Assembly: GCF_001194135.2 (NCBI RefSeq)
Contig: NC_069004.1
Coordinates: forward strand, 6,573,802-6,615,657
Reading direction: 5' to 3'
Source of the DNA: Octopus bimaculoides
Lineage: Eukaryota
DNA length: 41,856 nt
Shown here: in pieces, positions 23,831 through 33,837 of the stretch
Position numbering within the stretch: the first letter of the stretch is position 1
How the letters are laid out: each line of letters begins with the position of its first letter
Made by a program: the position numbers and the translations under genes
The notes under the pieces: model-generated
What the model saw: only the letters and a program-made list of their open reading frames with translations
Told to the model about the DNA's origin: nothing
The model's database searches: none

Positions 23831-24181
23831 TGTTGTTGTTGGCACTCCGTCGCTTACGACGACAAGGGTTACAGTTGATCCGATCAACAGAACAGCCTGC
23901 TCGTGAAATTAACATGCAAGTGACTGAGCACCCCATAGACACGTGTACCCTTAACGTAGTTCTCGGGGATATTCAGTGTGAGAAGGCTGACCCTTTGAAT
24001 TACAGGCACAACAGAAACAGGAAGTAAGAGTGAGAGAAAGTTGTGGAAGAGTACAGCAGGGTTCGCCAGCTTTTTAGGTGTTTTCGCTCAATAAACACTC
24101 ACAACGCCCAGTCTGGGAATCGAAACCGCGATCCTTTGACCGCGAGTCCGCTGCCCTAACCACTGGGCCATTGCGCCTCCA
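23831..24181 (-). mobile_element. SINE family C (tRNA-derived, (CAA)n tail), near full length with internal deletions
   Basis: Reverse strand TGGAGGCGCAATGGCCCAGTGG (A box)...GGTTTCGATTCCC (B box)...GAGTGCCAACAACAACA; inverted homolog of 26032-26428. Confidence 0.9.
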
Positions 24182-24297
24182 CATAGTCACACACACACAC
24201 ACACAGCAAATAAAAATATAGACATTTAAACAACTGAATTAGACTAGGCGACTTATCTCCCTTGCTTGTAACGGTGTTACGCGTAACATCAACAGCA

Positions 24298-24355
24298 ATG
24301 TCTATGGAAGCATTGAAGAAAGCTTTATTTTATTTCGAAGAACCTCCGTCTTCAT
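24298..24355 (+). CDS. RPS19BP1: RPS19BP1/AROS homolog, first coding exon (MSMEALKKALFYFEEPPSS, phase-1 donor)
   Basis: ATG in GCAATGT context and donor T|GTATGT at 24356. The peptide parallels the AROS N-terminus MSAALLRRGLELL (MS...L[KR][KR][AG]L). It lies upstream of the two stronger exons on the same strand. Confidence 0.7.
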
Positions 24356-24976
24356 GTATGTATAAAATTATATATAAATATACATATATATACTCTTTTC
24401 TTATCTACGACTAAATCTAATTTATAATGGTAATTCTTGTCTCATTTCAAAACAACCTAATCGGAAGCGTTCTAGTTCTGACCCTCCCGACAGTTGTTCT
24501 GAGATAATTTATTTTCCGTTTTAACCGGGCGGAATTCTGGTGGAATCACCCCATATAAAGCCCCGTAACTTTTTTTTTTAATCTTATAGAATGGGGTGCT
24601 TAAAACAGAATTCCGTCTTTAACTGTATATAGAACATCTTATCGTCTTTGAGAAACTTCGCTGTTATTTCTAGCAGTTCGAGGAACTGCGTAGATGGTCT
24701 CTCTTTGGCTTGGTGTTATAGTTTACCCTCGTGTTTATTACTGTTCGGCTAGATTTAAGTTCAAAGTTTTCTAACCGTCTACATCCCGTCTTTTATTCAT
24801 GGATAGTTTATTTTTGACGACTGTTTCCAAACACGTGGTGGTTATTTTGATACTGCAGCATGTAAACTAAGGGAGTTTTTGCTACTTTTTCTGGCATGTT
24901 GAGTGACACCACGTTGAGGTTACGTTGTTCTGTATTTTTTACTGTTTGTTATTTAACAATTACTTTCGGTGTATAG

Positions 24977-25022
24977 CAGCGTGTGTAGCGAGAAAGAAAG
25001 CGAAACAGTGGAAGCTACAGAT
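24977..25022 (+). CDS. RPS19BP1: Candidate additional AROS exon (SACVARKKAKQWKLQ)
   Basis: Acceptor TATAG|CAG and donor AT|GTAAAC; phase 1 in matches exon 1. The basic peptide loosely resembles AROS RKTKAIQAQKL. It needs a further phase 2-to-1 exon that I cannot see, possibly in the gap at 27175-27439. Confidence 0.3.
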
Positions 25023-25109
25023 GTAAACACGTCAAGATAGAAGCTTTTACGATAGCAATGATCGGCTAGTAGCATTTAAATAGAATAACTTTAATAGGCT
25101 TAAGCCCTT

Positions 25110-25161
<52 letters not shown>

Positions 25162-25347
25162 TCAGTAAATCATAAATCCGAAAGGAGATAACACTCTCTA
25201 AGTTATAGAGCAGTAGTAGAGTATATACACATAGATATGATATCTATCTATCTTTCTATCTATGAATCTATCTCTCCATCTGTCTATCTATCTATCTATC
25301 AGTGTGTGTGAATATATATACATACATACACAGACGTGTGTATAGTC

Positions 25348-25744
25348 GTGGCTGTGTGGTTAGGAAGTTTGCTTCCCAGTTACGTGGTTCCAGGGTTCAG
25401 TTCCATGGCACCTCGTGTAGGGGTCTTCTTCTATAATCTCTTACCGATTAAAGCCTTGTGACTGGATCTCGTAGATGGAGACTGAAAGAAGCCTGTTGTG
25501 TATATATATATGTGTGTGTGTGGTTGTGTGTGTATGTGTGTCTTTGTCCTCCACAACCATTCGACAGCTGGTTCTGGTTTCTTTCCTCTTTCCTCATAGT
25601 TTAGCAGTTTGCAAAAGAGACCAATAGAACAAGTACCAGGCTTTGATAAAATAAGTACCTGGGTTTCTTTCTTCTACTGAAACCCTTCTTAGCAGTGCCC
25701 CAGCATGGCCACAGTTTAAGGATGGAAACAAGTAAAAGATAAAA
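25348..25744 (+). mobile_element. SINE family A, diverged full-length copy in the AROS intron
   Basis: Head GTGGCTGTGTGGTTAGG...GGTTCAGTTCC, TA/GT linker, tail GCAGTGCCCCAGCATGGCCACAG...GAAACAAGTAAAAGA. Confidence 0.8.
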
Positions 25745-26031
25745 AAATATGTATGTGTCTTCTTGAATCACCATAATTCGTCATTTTGCATCTAATTTTC
25801 CATTTGTGTATTGATAAGATTGGTTTCTTCTCCAATGCAGCATCTCAACGCTTGGGATTTCTTATCAGCCCCTTAACAGCCATCAACATCCTGAGATCAG
25901 CTGGCAACACTATTTCTTCCCAATTTTTTCATTCATTTTTGCTCTCTCCTGAGTTTCTTCTACCTGCATCAGGTGGCACTCTTTTATTTTTTATTTTTTA
26001 TTTCTTTGTCATCATCTATATGCATTACATT

Positions 26032-26428
26032 GGAGGCGCAATGGCCCAGTAGTTGGGGCAGCGGACTCGCGGTCATAGGATCGCGGTTTTGATTCCCAGA
26101 CCAGGTGTTGTGAGTGTTTATTGAGCGAAAACACCTAAAAGCTCCACAAGATTCCGGCAGGGGATTGTGGCGAACCCTGCTGTACTCTTTCACCACACCT
26201 TTCTCTCACTCTTACTTCCTGCTACTGTTGTGCCTGTAACTCAAAGGGTCAGCCTTGTCACACTCTGTGTCACGATGAATATCCCCGAGAACTACGTTAA
26301 GGGTATACGCGTCTGTGGAGTGCTCAGCCACTTGCACGTTAATTTCACGAGCAGGCTGTTCCGTTGATCAGATCAACTGGAACCCTCGATGTTGGAAGCG
26401 ACCGAGTGCCAACAACAACACAACAACA
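26032..26428 (+). mobile_element. SINE family C, full length, intronic
   Basis: GGAGGCGCAATGGCCCAGTAG...GGTTTTGATTCCC...GAGTGCCAACAACAACACAACAAC. Confidence 0.9.
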
Positions 26429-26559
26429 TATGCATTGCATTATCATCATTGTAATGATTATCACCATAACATCTGCTTTTACATGCATGGGTTGGACAAT
26501 TTGTTGAGGTGGCCTCACAGAAGCAAGGATCAAGACCTTTGGCATTATGTTGTACTTGA

Positions 26560-26780
26560 AGAAGGACCCATCAAGTTAAGCTAAATCGCAGTCATGGTAG
26601 ATACTGATGTCATGCAAATGGCACCTGTGCCAGTGGCATGTAAAAGCACACATTACACCTTCGGAGTGGTTGGTGTTAGGAAGGGCATCCAGCCATAGAA
26701 AACCATACCAAATCAGACTGGAGTCTGGTGCAGTCTTCCAGTGTGCCAGCCCAATCAAACCGTCCAACCCATGCCAGCAT
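26560..26780 (+). mobile_element. SINE family D (V-domain-like core), copy lacking the 3' end
   Basis: GTGGTTGGTGTTAGGAAGGGCATCCAGCC resembles the V-SINE central motif GGAAGGGCATCC; homologous to 34661-34849. Confidence 0.7.
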
Positions 26781-26809
26781 CTATATGTATCTATTTGAGT
26801 GTGGCCTTC

Positions 26810-26950
26810 GTGCCGGTGGCATGTAAAAGCACCCATAACACTCTCTGAGTGGTTGGCGTTAGGAAGGGCATCCAGCTGTAGAAACTCTGCCAAATCGTCC
26901 AACCCATGCTAGCATGGAAAGCAGACGTTGAACAACGATGATGATGATGA
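26810..26950 (+). mobile_element. SINE family D, 5'-truncated, 50-bp internal deletion, (GAT)n tail
   Basis: GTGCCGGTGGCATGTAAAAGCACC...GGAAGGGCATCCAGCTGTAGAAACTCTGCCAAATC|GTCCAACCCATGCTAGCATGG...GATGATGATG. Confidence 0.85.
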
Positions 26951-27741
26951 TTTTATTCAAAACTTGCCCACACTAATCACCAAATGAGACTGAACATGCA
27001 GGCAGTACTTACACTTCTGAGTTTAAAAGACTTGAGAATCCGGAGTCATTCATAAACACTACCATAACCTCCATCCACCTTTAATACAACTACTCCTGCC
27101 GCTGCTAGAATTTTAATTTTATTCATTTTGTATATTTTTCCCTTTTTTTTTTTTTTTTTTTTTCCTTTTTTTCCNNNNNNNNNNNNNNNNNNNNNNNNNN
27201 NNNNNNNNNNNNNNNNNNNNNNNNNNNNNNNNNNNNNNNNNNNNNNNNNNNNNNNNNNNNNNNNNNNNNNNNNNNNNNNNNNNNNNNNNNNNNNNNNNNN
27301 NNNNNNNNNNNNNNNNNNNNNNNNNNNNNNNNNNNNNNNNNNNNNNNNNNNNNNNNNNNNNNNNNNNNNNNNNNNNNNNNNNNNNNNNNNNNNNNNNNNN
27401 NNNNNNNNNNNNNNNNNNNNNNNNNNNNNNNNNNNNNNNATGCAGATATATATATGTTGATATATATATATGTATCCCTGTAAATATATGTGTGTATATG
27501 TATATATATATATATGTGTGTATATATATGTATATGTATGTATATATGTATGTGTATATGTATGTATATATGTATGTATATATTTATGTATATTATGTAT
27601 GTATATATGTATGCATATATAGATGTATATAAATATGTATGTATATATGTATGTGTATATATATGTGTGTATATATATGTGTGTGTATATAGATATGTAT
27701 GTATATATATATATGTAGATATATGTGTTTATATATATATG

Positions 27742-27772
<31 letters not shown>

Positions 27773-27817
27773 ATATAGCCTGGGCTATAGGTAATATATA
27801 AAAAAAATTTTTAATCT

Positions 27818-28165
27818 AACCCCAGAGCATTCTACAAGTTTGCCAAAGCTTCAGTACACTGCAGGATCGAGCCACTCCTCAGAGAAGATGGTTCACTCAC
27901 AGGAAACCCAAGGAGGATAAGTGAAATACTAAATGAGCAATTCAAAAGTCTTTTCACTCCACCCATAGGACCCTTGCAAGTCAACAGTCCAGATGACCTT
28001 TTACTGTTGCAGATATAAAAAACAGAGGCAGTGTTGTTGATTGATTACATCAACATAAAGGAAGATGATGTAATAAGGGTTATAGATGAATTGAACCTTA
28101 AACTCAGCTACTGGCCTTGATGGATGCCCAGCAATCCTTCTAAAAGCATGTAAACGAGTCCTGGG
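27818..28165 (+). mobile_element. CR1/L2-group LINE ORF2 fossil (linker and RT start), intronic
   Basis: Translation NPRAFYKFAK...EPLLREDGSLT...ISEILNEQFKSLFTPP..., then YINIKEDDVIRVIDEL and SATGLDGCPAILLKACK, typical of the NPKAFY..LN.QF.SVFT..A.GPDG.PAILLK motifs. Confidence 0.75.
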
Positions 28166-28277
28166 TGACTTTGATCTTTGCTCTCATGGATCACAATTGA
28201 TCCAAACTTAACCAAACACAATTATAACCAACAGACGAAACTAACCCTCCTTTCTTTGTAATTGCTTCTATTTTCAG

Positions 28278-28384
28278 AAAAGATTCAAGCAGGGCAACGA
28301 AAGAACTATTTGGATGATAACCTTCAGGCTTTGCAGATGTTTGCCTCGAAAAGGAAAGCCGCTACATCAGGACACATAAATGAC
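28278..28384 (+). CDS. RPS19BP1: RPS19BP1/AROS homolog, internal exon (xKIQAGQRKNYLDDNLQALQMFASKRKAATSGHIND)
   Basis: Branch-like ACTAAC, polypyrimidine tract and TTTTCAG| acceptor; GAC|GTAAGT donor; phase 1 in, phase 0 out. NYLDDNLQAL aligns with AROS DHLRVNLKFL. Confidence 0.85.
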
Positions 28385-28460
28385 GTAAGTTTGCGTTCTC
28401 TGGGTTTACAAGATTCTACCATAGAAATGACAAATCAGATTAACTGGAACTCAAGAACCC

Positions 28461-28610
28461 GGTGTAGTCAAACAGCGTGCTTCCCAGTTAGATGAGCTTA
28501 GGTTCAGGCATGCTGTACAAAATTGAACCTTGTCTTCTATATCCCCTGGCTGAATAAAGTCTTGTGAATGGTATTGATAGTTGGAAACTGAAAAGAAACC
28601 TAGTGTGTGT
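28461..28610 (+). mobile_element. Highly diverged SINE family A 5' half
   Basis: TGCTTCCCAG...GGTTCAG...TGTCTTCTAT...AAAGTCTTGTGAATGG...GGAAACTGAAAAGAAACC. Confidence 0.6.
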
Positions 28611-28634
28611 GCGTATATATACAGGCTCTAGCAC

Positions 28635-28860
28635 GGCTGTGTGGTTAGGAAGCTTTGTTTTCTAGCCACATGGTTTCGGGTTCAGTCCCACTGCGTGGCA
28701 CTTTGGGCTAGTATCTTCTTTCAGTTTCTGTCTACCAAATGCACCAACAAGGCTTTGGTTGTTCCAGGGTGATAAGAAAGACCTTTGTTCAAGGTACCAC
28801 TAAGTGAGATTGAACTTGAAACCATGAGATTGGCAAGCAAACTCAACCACATGGCCATGC
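28635..28860. mobile_element. Two SINE family A 5' fragments fused in inverted orientation
   Basis: + head 28635-28719 and - 5' half 28715-28860, sharing CTTCT at 28715-28719. Confidence 0.8.
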
Positions 28861-29574
28861 TTATGTGTTTCAATTAAATTCTACAATAACTGCGAATTTA
28901 GAATGGTTTTATAAAACATCGACCTTTTTTTTTTGTTTTTCATTCTTATGAAGGTGATATATTAATGTTTTTGGAATACAACAAAAGATTACTGACAATA
29001 AATCTATTATATGATTTTTCTCAGCAAAGTGAATTTAATTGCAGGTAAATACAGGTATATTTTGGCGAAATTGAAAAGTTAATTAAATTTTGTTTAAAAA
29101 TCACCATAGAAATTGAATTATTAGCTTATATTCAACTGGGTATAACATTAAAATCTTAATATTGAAGAATTGTGTTCATAAAACAGGTGTACCATAAAGG
29201 TAAAACAGAATGGAATGATGAAATTTCTATTTGAAGAAAAACTACAGAACAAATTATATTTTCTGCAGACTTACATTGCGACAAGGCAAAATATCTTCTC
29301 ACGCACGTGTGTAGAGATACAGCTAGACACATGCATAATTACACAGAAACACACATTTGTATCAATACATGCAAACACACGTTAGTGATTCACAAATATA
29401 AGTTAATCAAAACTTGTCACTTACCTTACAGGTAAATTAAAATTATAGACAAATAAAATGGATAAATAATTAGAAATGAAGTAAATTCAGAAAAGTATTT
29501 CATAAAATCAAATTATATATCTATACACACTCTCAGTGATATGTGTGTATGTATATNNNNNNNNNNTATATATA

Positions 29575-29968
29575 GGCGCAGGAGTGGCTGTGTGGTAAGT
29601 AGCTTGCTTACCAACCATGTGGTTCCAGGTTCAGTCCCACTGCATGGCACCTTGGGTAAGTATCTTCTACTATAGCCTCGGGCCAACCGAAGCCTTGTCA
29701 GTGGATTTGGTAGACAGAAACTGAAAGAAGCCCGTCGTACATATATATATATGCATGTATATGTTTGTGTGTTTGTGTTTATCCCCCCCAACATCGCTTT
29801 GACAACTGATGCTGGTGTGTTTACGTCCCCATCACTTAGCAGTTCGGCAAGAGAGACCGATAAAATAAGTACTAGGCTTACAAAGAATAAGTCCTGGGGT
29901 CGATTTACTCGACTAAAGACGCTGCTCCAGCATGGCCACAGTCAAATGACTGAAACAAATGAAAGAAT
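29575..29968 (+). mobile_element. SINE family A, full-length reference copy (head, CORE-like part, TA/GT linker, 3' module)
   Basis: GGCGCAGGAGTGGCTGTGTGG (A box), GGTTCAGTCCC (B-box-like), CACCTTGGGTAAGT, microsatellite linker, tail GACTGAAACAAATGAAAGAATA. Confidence 0.9.
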
Positions 29969-30057
29969 ATCGGCATCCTGTCCATGTGTGGATTATATTC
30001 GCCATGGAAACCAGGAATCCAGCCCTTGTGACTCTGCACGGCTCGAGAGGGTAACTT

Positions 30058-30083
30058 TACTAACTCTACCGTTTCTTTTGCAG
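30058..30083 (+). promoter_or_regulatory. Branch point (TACTAAC), polypyrimidine tract and 3' splice site of the last AROS intron
   Basis: TACTAACTCTACCGTTTCTTTTGCAG is directly visible. Confidence 0.8.
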
Positions 30084-30236
30084 ATAATGAAGAGCACATC
30101 TAATTCCAAGAAAAAGTTCATTTTTGGTAAGAAACACAATGCAAAGAAGAAGAAGAAGAAGGTCACGCAAAAATCTGTTTTTGACGAGGGTGAATTTGAA
30201 AATTTTTTCAAAGAGTATCATGGTCTAAAGAAATAA
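30084..30236 (+). CDS. RPS19BP1: RPS19BP1/AROS homolog, terminal coding exon (IMKSTSNSKKKFIFGKKHNAKKKKKKVTQKSVFDEGEFENFFKEYHGLKK*)
   Basis: Phase 0 matches the upstream donor. KKKK..SVFDEGEFENFFKEYHG matches the conserved AROS C-terminus KKKK..TVFTEEDFQKFQQEYFG (human sequence from memory). Confidence 0.88.
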   Translation: MMKSTSNSKKKFIFGKKHNAKKKKKKVTQKSVFDEGEFENFFKEYHGLKK

Positions 30237-30237
30237 A
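30232..30237 (+). terminator. Candidate polyadenylation signal AATAAA overlapping the stop codon
   Basis: AATAAA at 30232-30237 followed by T/GT-rich sequence; actual use unknown. Confidence 0.4.
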
Positions 30238-30274
30238 AATATATTTTTATATGTGTATTTATATTTCTTTTGTT

Positions 30275-30354
30275 TGGTGTAGCCATCTGGTTCGCCAGTC
30301 CCCAGTCAAATCGTCCAACGCATGCAAGCATGGAAAACGGACGTTAAACAATGA
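30275..30354 (+). mobile_element. SINE family D 3' fragment
   Basis: CCAGTCCCCAGTCAAATCGTCCAAC.CATGCAAGCATGGAAAACGGACGTTAAAC. Confidence 0.8.
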
Positions 30355-31126
30355 ACGATTATTTGATTTTTATATTCCATTCTATTCAGCATTAGTCTTT
30401 TTGTCATGATGATGGCTCCTTTCTTGGTTTCAACAATGAGCCGACACTTGTTCAATCAATGAACTTCATGCTAAATTAATTTGCAAATGGCTGGGCATCT
30501 AATAGACATGTCTTCTTTGAACTTGTTTGATATCGACCCACCTATGACTGCCCCTGCCCTCCTTACATTTGGTATAAAGCAACTGGCTCTTCTGTTACTT
30601 GGCCATTTAGTCAGGGTAATGTCTTTGCTCTTGTAAGTTCTTTGGTAACCTTACAAGTGCTGCAAAATACCTCCAGTAGATTCTGCGAAAGTGGTTGGCA
30701 TTAGAGAGAGCATCCAGCTATCATTTGACTATGGTAGTAGTTTAATATCCTAAAGGTCACAATTTATTCGCACGCAACCTCTTTCAAATTTGTCGCTAAT
30801 TCAGTTCTTAACCAAATTGAAAACTGTTAATATTTTTGAAGAGGACTGATCCCTAACTACATTTTGGCATAAAGAAATTTAAGATTTGGTCCAGTAGAAA
30901 AAGGTTTACATCAAAATTTGTAGCAACGTTATCGGAGAGTAAATAACGCTTCCAATCAAGTTTAGATCTAAATAACTTTTTTTTATTTTAAAAGCAAAAT
31001 ATATTTATCTTAGTTTCAATGAAAGAAGAAAGCATGAAGAATTTCATAGTTTTGTTCCCATGCAACAAAAATTTGTATCAAAAGAGTTGTGAAGTAAAAT
31101 ATAAGGCGAAAAGTTGGATTTAAATA

Positions 31127-31795
31127 TATTCTTTTATTTGTTTCAGTCGGAGTGGCTGTGTGGTAAGTAGCTTGCTTACGAACCACATGGTTCTGGGTTC
31201 AGTCCCACTGCATGGCACCTTGGGCAAGTGTCTTCTATTACAGCCTCGGGCCGTTTTTTTTATCCGTCCTTGATTTCGTATACATTCGCTGCTTTCTTCC
31301 AAGGAATCTAGTATTCTTAGCTTAGTTTTTCCTTGGGGCTGGCCAGATTGGAGCAATCTGGAGTATAACCAGCCAAAATTGCAAAGATAATCTGGAACTT
31401 GACTGAGGAAAGAAAACTCCGAATGACCTGTCCTTGTTTTTTCTTGTCCCTTTTTTGTATCATCTAACGGTCTGGATGTTTTGTGTTCTTGCCCCATTTT
31501 TGGTATTCCTTTTTATATGCATATGGCATCGTACGTATTTTGTATATATATATCTATATATCTATATATATATATATATATATGTATTTGTGTCTGTGTT
31601 TGTCCCCCACCATTGCTTGACAACCGATGTTGGTGTGTTTATGTCACCGTAACCTAGCTGTTCGGCAAAAGTATCCGATATCATAAGTAGGAAGCTTACA
31701 AAAGAATAAGACGGGTAGATTCCTTCGACCAAGAGCTGGTGCTCCAGTATGGCCACTATCAAAATGGCTGAAACAAGCAAAAGAATAAAAGAGTG
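31127..31795 (+). mobile_element. Composite SINE family A: inverted tail remnant, head, ~300 bp unrelated insert, 3' half
   Basis: 31127-31148 is the reverse complement of the family A tail; 31149-31253 is the + head; 31575-31795 is the + 3' half. Confidence 0.75.
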
Positions 31796-31840
31796 TTTAT
31801 GTATATACATATATACATACACATATATATATATATATAT

Positions 31841-31969
31841 AAGGGCATCCAGCTGTAGAAACTCTGCCAAATTAGACTGGAGCCTGGTGTTGCCATCCGG
31901 TTTCACCAGTCCTCAGTCAAATCGTCCAACCCATGCTAGCATGGAAAGCGGACGTTAAACGATGATGAT
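31841..31969 (+). mobile_element. SINE family D, 5'-truncated young copy within (TA)n
   Basis: 128/129 identical to the reverse complement of 34664-34792. Confidence 0.9.
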
Positions 31970-32559
31970 ATATACGTATATGAGTCTGTGCTTCATACTT
32001 CTGACGTACAGAAGTGCATGATATGTATGACAAAGATATATCGGTTAAGTATAGATTAAAAATACATTCTCATCTAAGAACAAAAGACAAATGGAAAAAG
32101 AAGAAAAGAAAAGAAAAAAACAAAGAATTACTTGAAGAAATGGAATTTGAAAATTCTAAAACTGTATTTCTGAGTATTGTTTTGTTTTCTATTTTGGAGG
32201 AGAGAAAATATATAAAATTATATTTTTATAAAAGTTTCTTTAATGGTGATTCTTAAAAACTCAATTATTATATAGATGTGCGTATGCGAATGTTTTTACA
32301 TCCAAACATTTCGAAGTATTTGTGCATCCGTATAAGGTATATATGTGCAGACATATATATATATATATTTGTCATTTGACTTGTACATGATATGTGTGTA
32401 AAGATGCATACATGTGTAGGTGCGTATATATGGAAATATTCACAATTTATATACAGCTGTATGCATATGCACATGTGTGCATATATCATTATGCATGTGA
32501 ATTAGTCTATCAATAAAGTTTTATATTCATACATAGAGAAATAAATATACATATTTACC

Positions 32560-33515
32560 TACATTTGTAAATGATCATATACACATTTGTGTACATATAT
32601 ATTTGTATGCATAAGTACGTATGTATGTATGTATGTATGTGTATAGATTTCTATATACACACTCAGACGTATGTTGTTTGCTTTGTGATTCAAGAGGGGC
32701 AAAGAATAGACATTGGAGTGTACGCAGGTATTTATATACAGATTTTATCCACAATAAATATAGATATTTCTGTATAAATTTACAATGTTCTATAAACATT
32801 TACTGCTTTATTCATTTCTGTTTATATAAGCCAATAGATGTGTGCATGCATACATACATATATATAAACATATGCGTATATATATATATATAATTTATAT
32901 ATATATATATATATGTATGCGTATTTATGTATATACATATACACGTATATACATAAGTATACATATATATGTGTGTCTGTGTGTATGTTTGTGCAGGTGT
33001 GCATATGCATACACTAACAATCGTAGATTGAAAATATCTATCTATGGTTGTACATACATACATACGTATATATATATATATATATTTCTACAGAGATATG
33101 CATATCCATGTTTATACATAGATGTATGTACGCACACGCACAATACATATGCACATATTCACACGCAAACACGCGTATAGGCATGTATGCATATTATAAA
33201 TTTACCTGACTGTCACACTGTCATTCACAAAAATAGTTAAATCCACCAATAGATATACAGTGAGGCATTTTGTTCGTTTGTCCTGCATTGCTTCCTCTCC
33301 TGTGTCACTTTCTCTCTCTTCCCGCTATTCTGTCAGATTTATACATGAGTGTGTGAGTGTGTGTGTGTATTTATACATAATATATATATATACATATGTA
33401 TATATCTATGTATATATACTCGAATATGTATGTGCATGTAAATATCTAGATACACTACATGCACATATATGTATATCTCTGTGCTTGTATTCATCTGTAT
33501 ACACACATACACATA

Positions 33516-33566
<51 letters not shown>

Positions 33567-33768
33567 ATGTACATACATGTATATACATATATATGAATAT
33601 ACAATATATAAGCACCTGCACACATGTATTATGAGTATTGTCACTCTTTAGAAATAAGTGAACACATGTCCTTGTATATATATATGTGTATATATATATA
33701 TATATATATACACACACATATATATACACACAAATATATATACATAAACATATGCATATGTCTGTAAA

Positions 33769-33837
<69 letters not shown>

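Noticed and set aside
24110-24181. tRNA gene calls for the SINE heads (also 26032, 29575, 8949)
   Set aside because: A and B boxes are present, but no complete cloverleaf acceptor stem; each continues into a repeated SINE body.
30051-30083. 33-nt GT...AG mini-intron
   Set aside because: Too short for a typical spliceosomal intron, and no upstream acceptor-defined exon supports it.
30121-30132. Strong-looking donor TTG|GTAAGA inside the last AROS exon
   Set aside because: Reading through it yields the conserved AROS C-terminal motif and a stop, so it is most simply exonic; minor use cannot be excluded.
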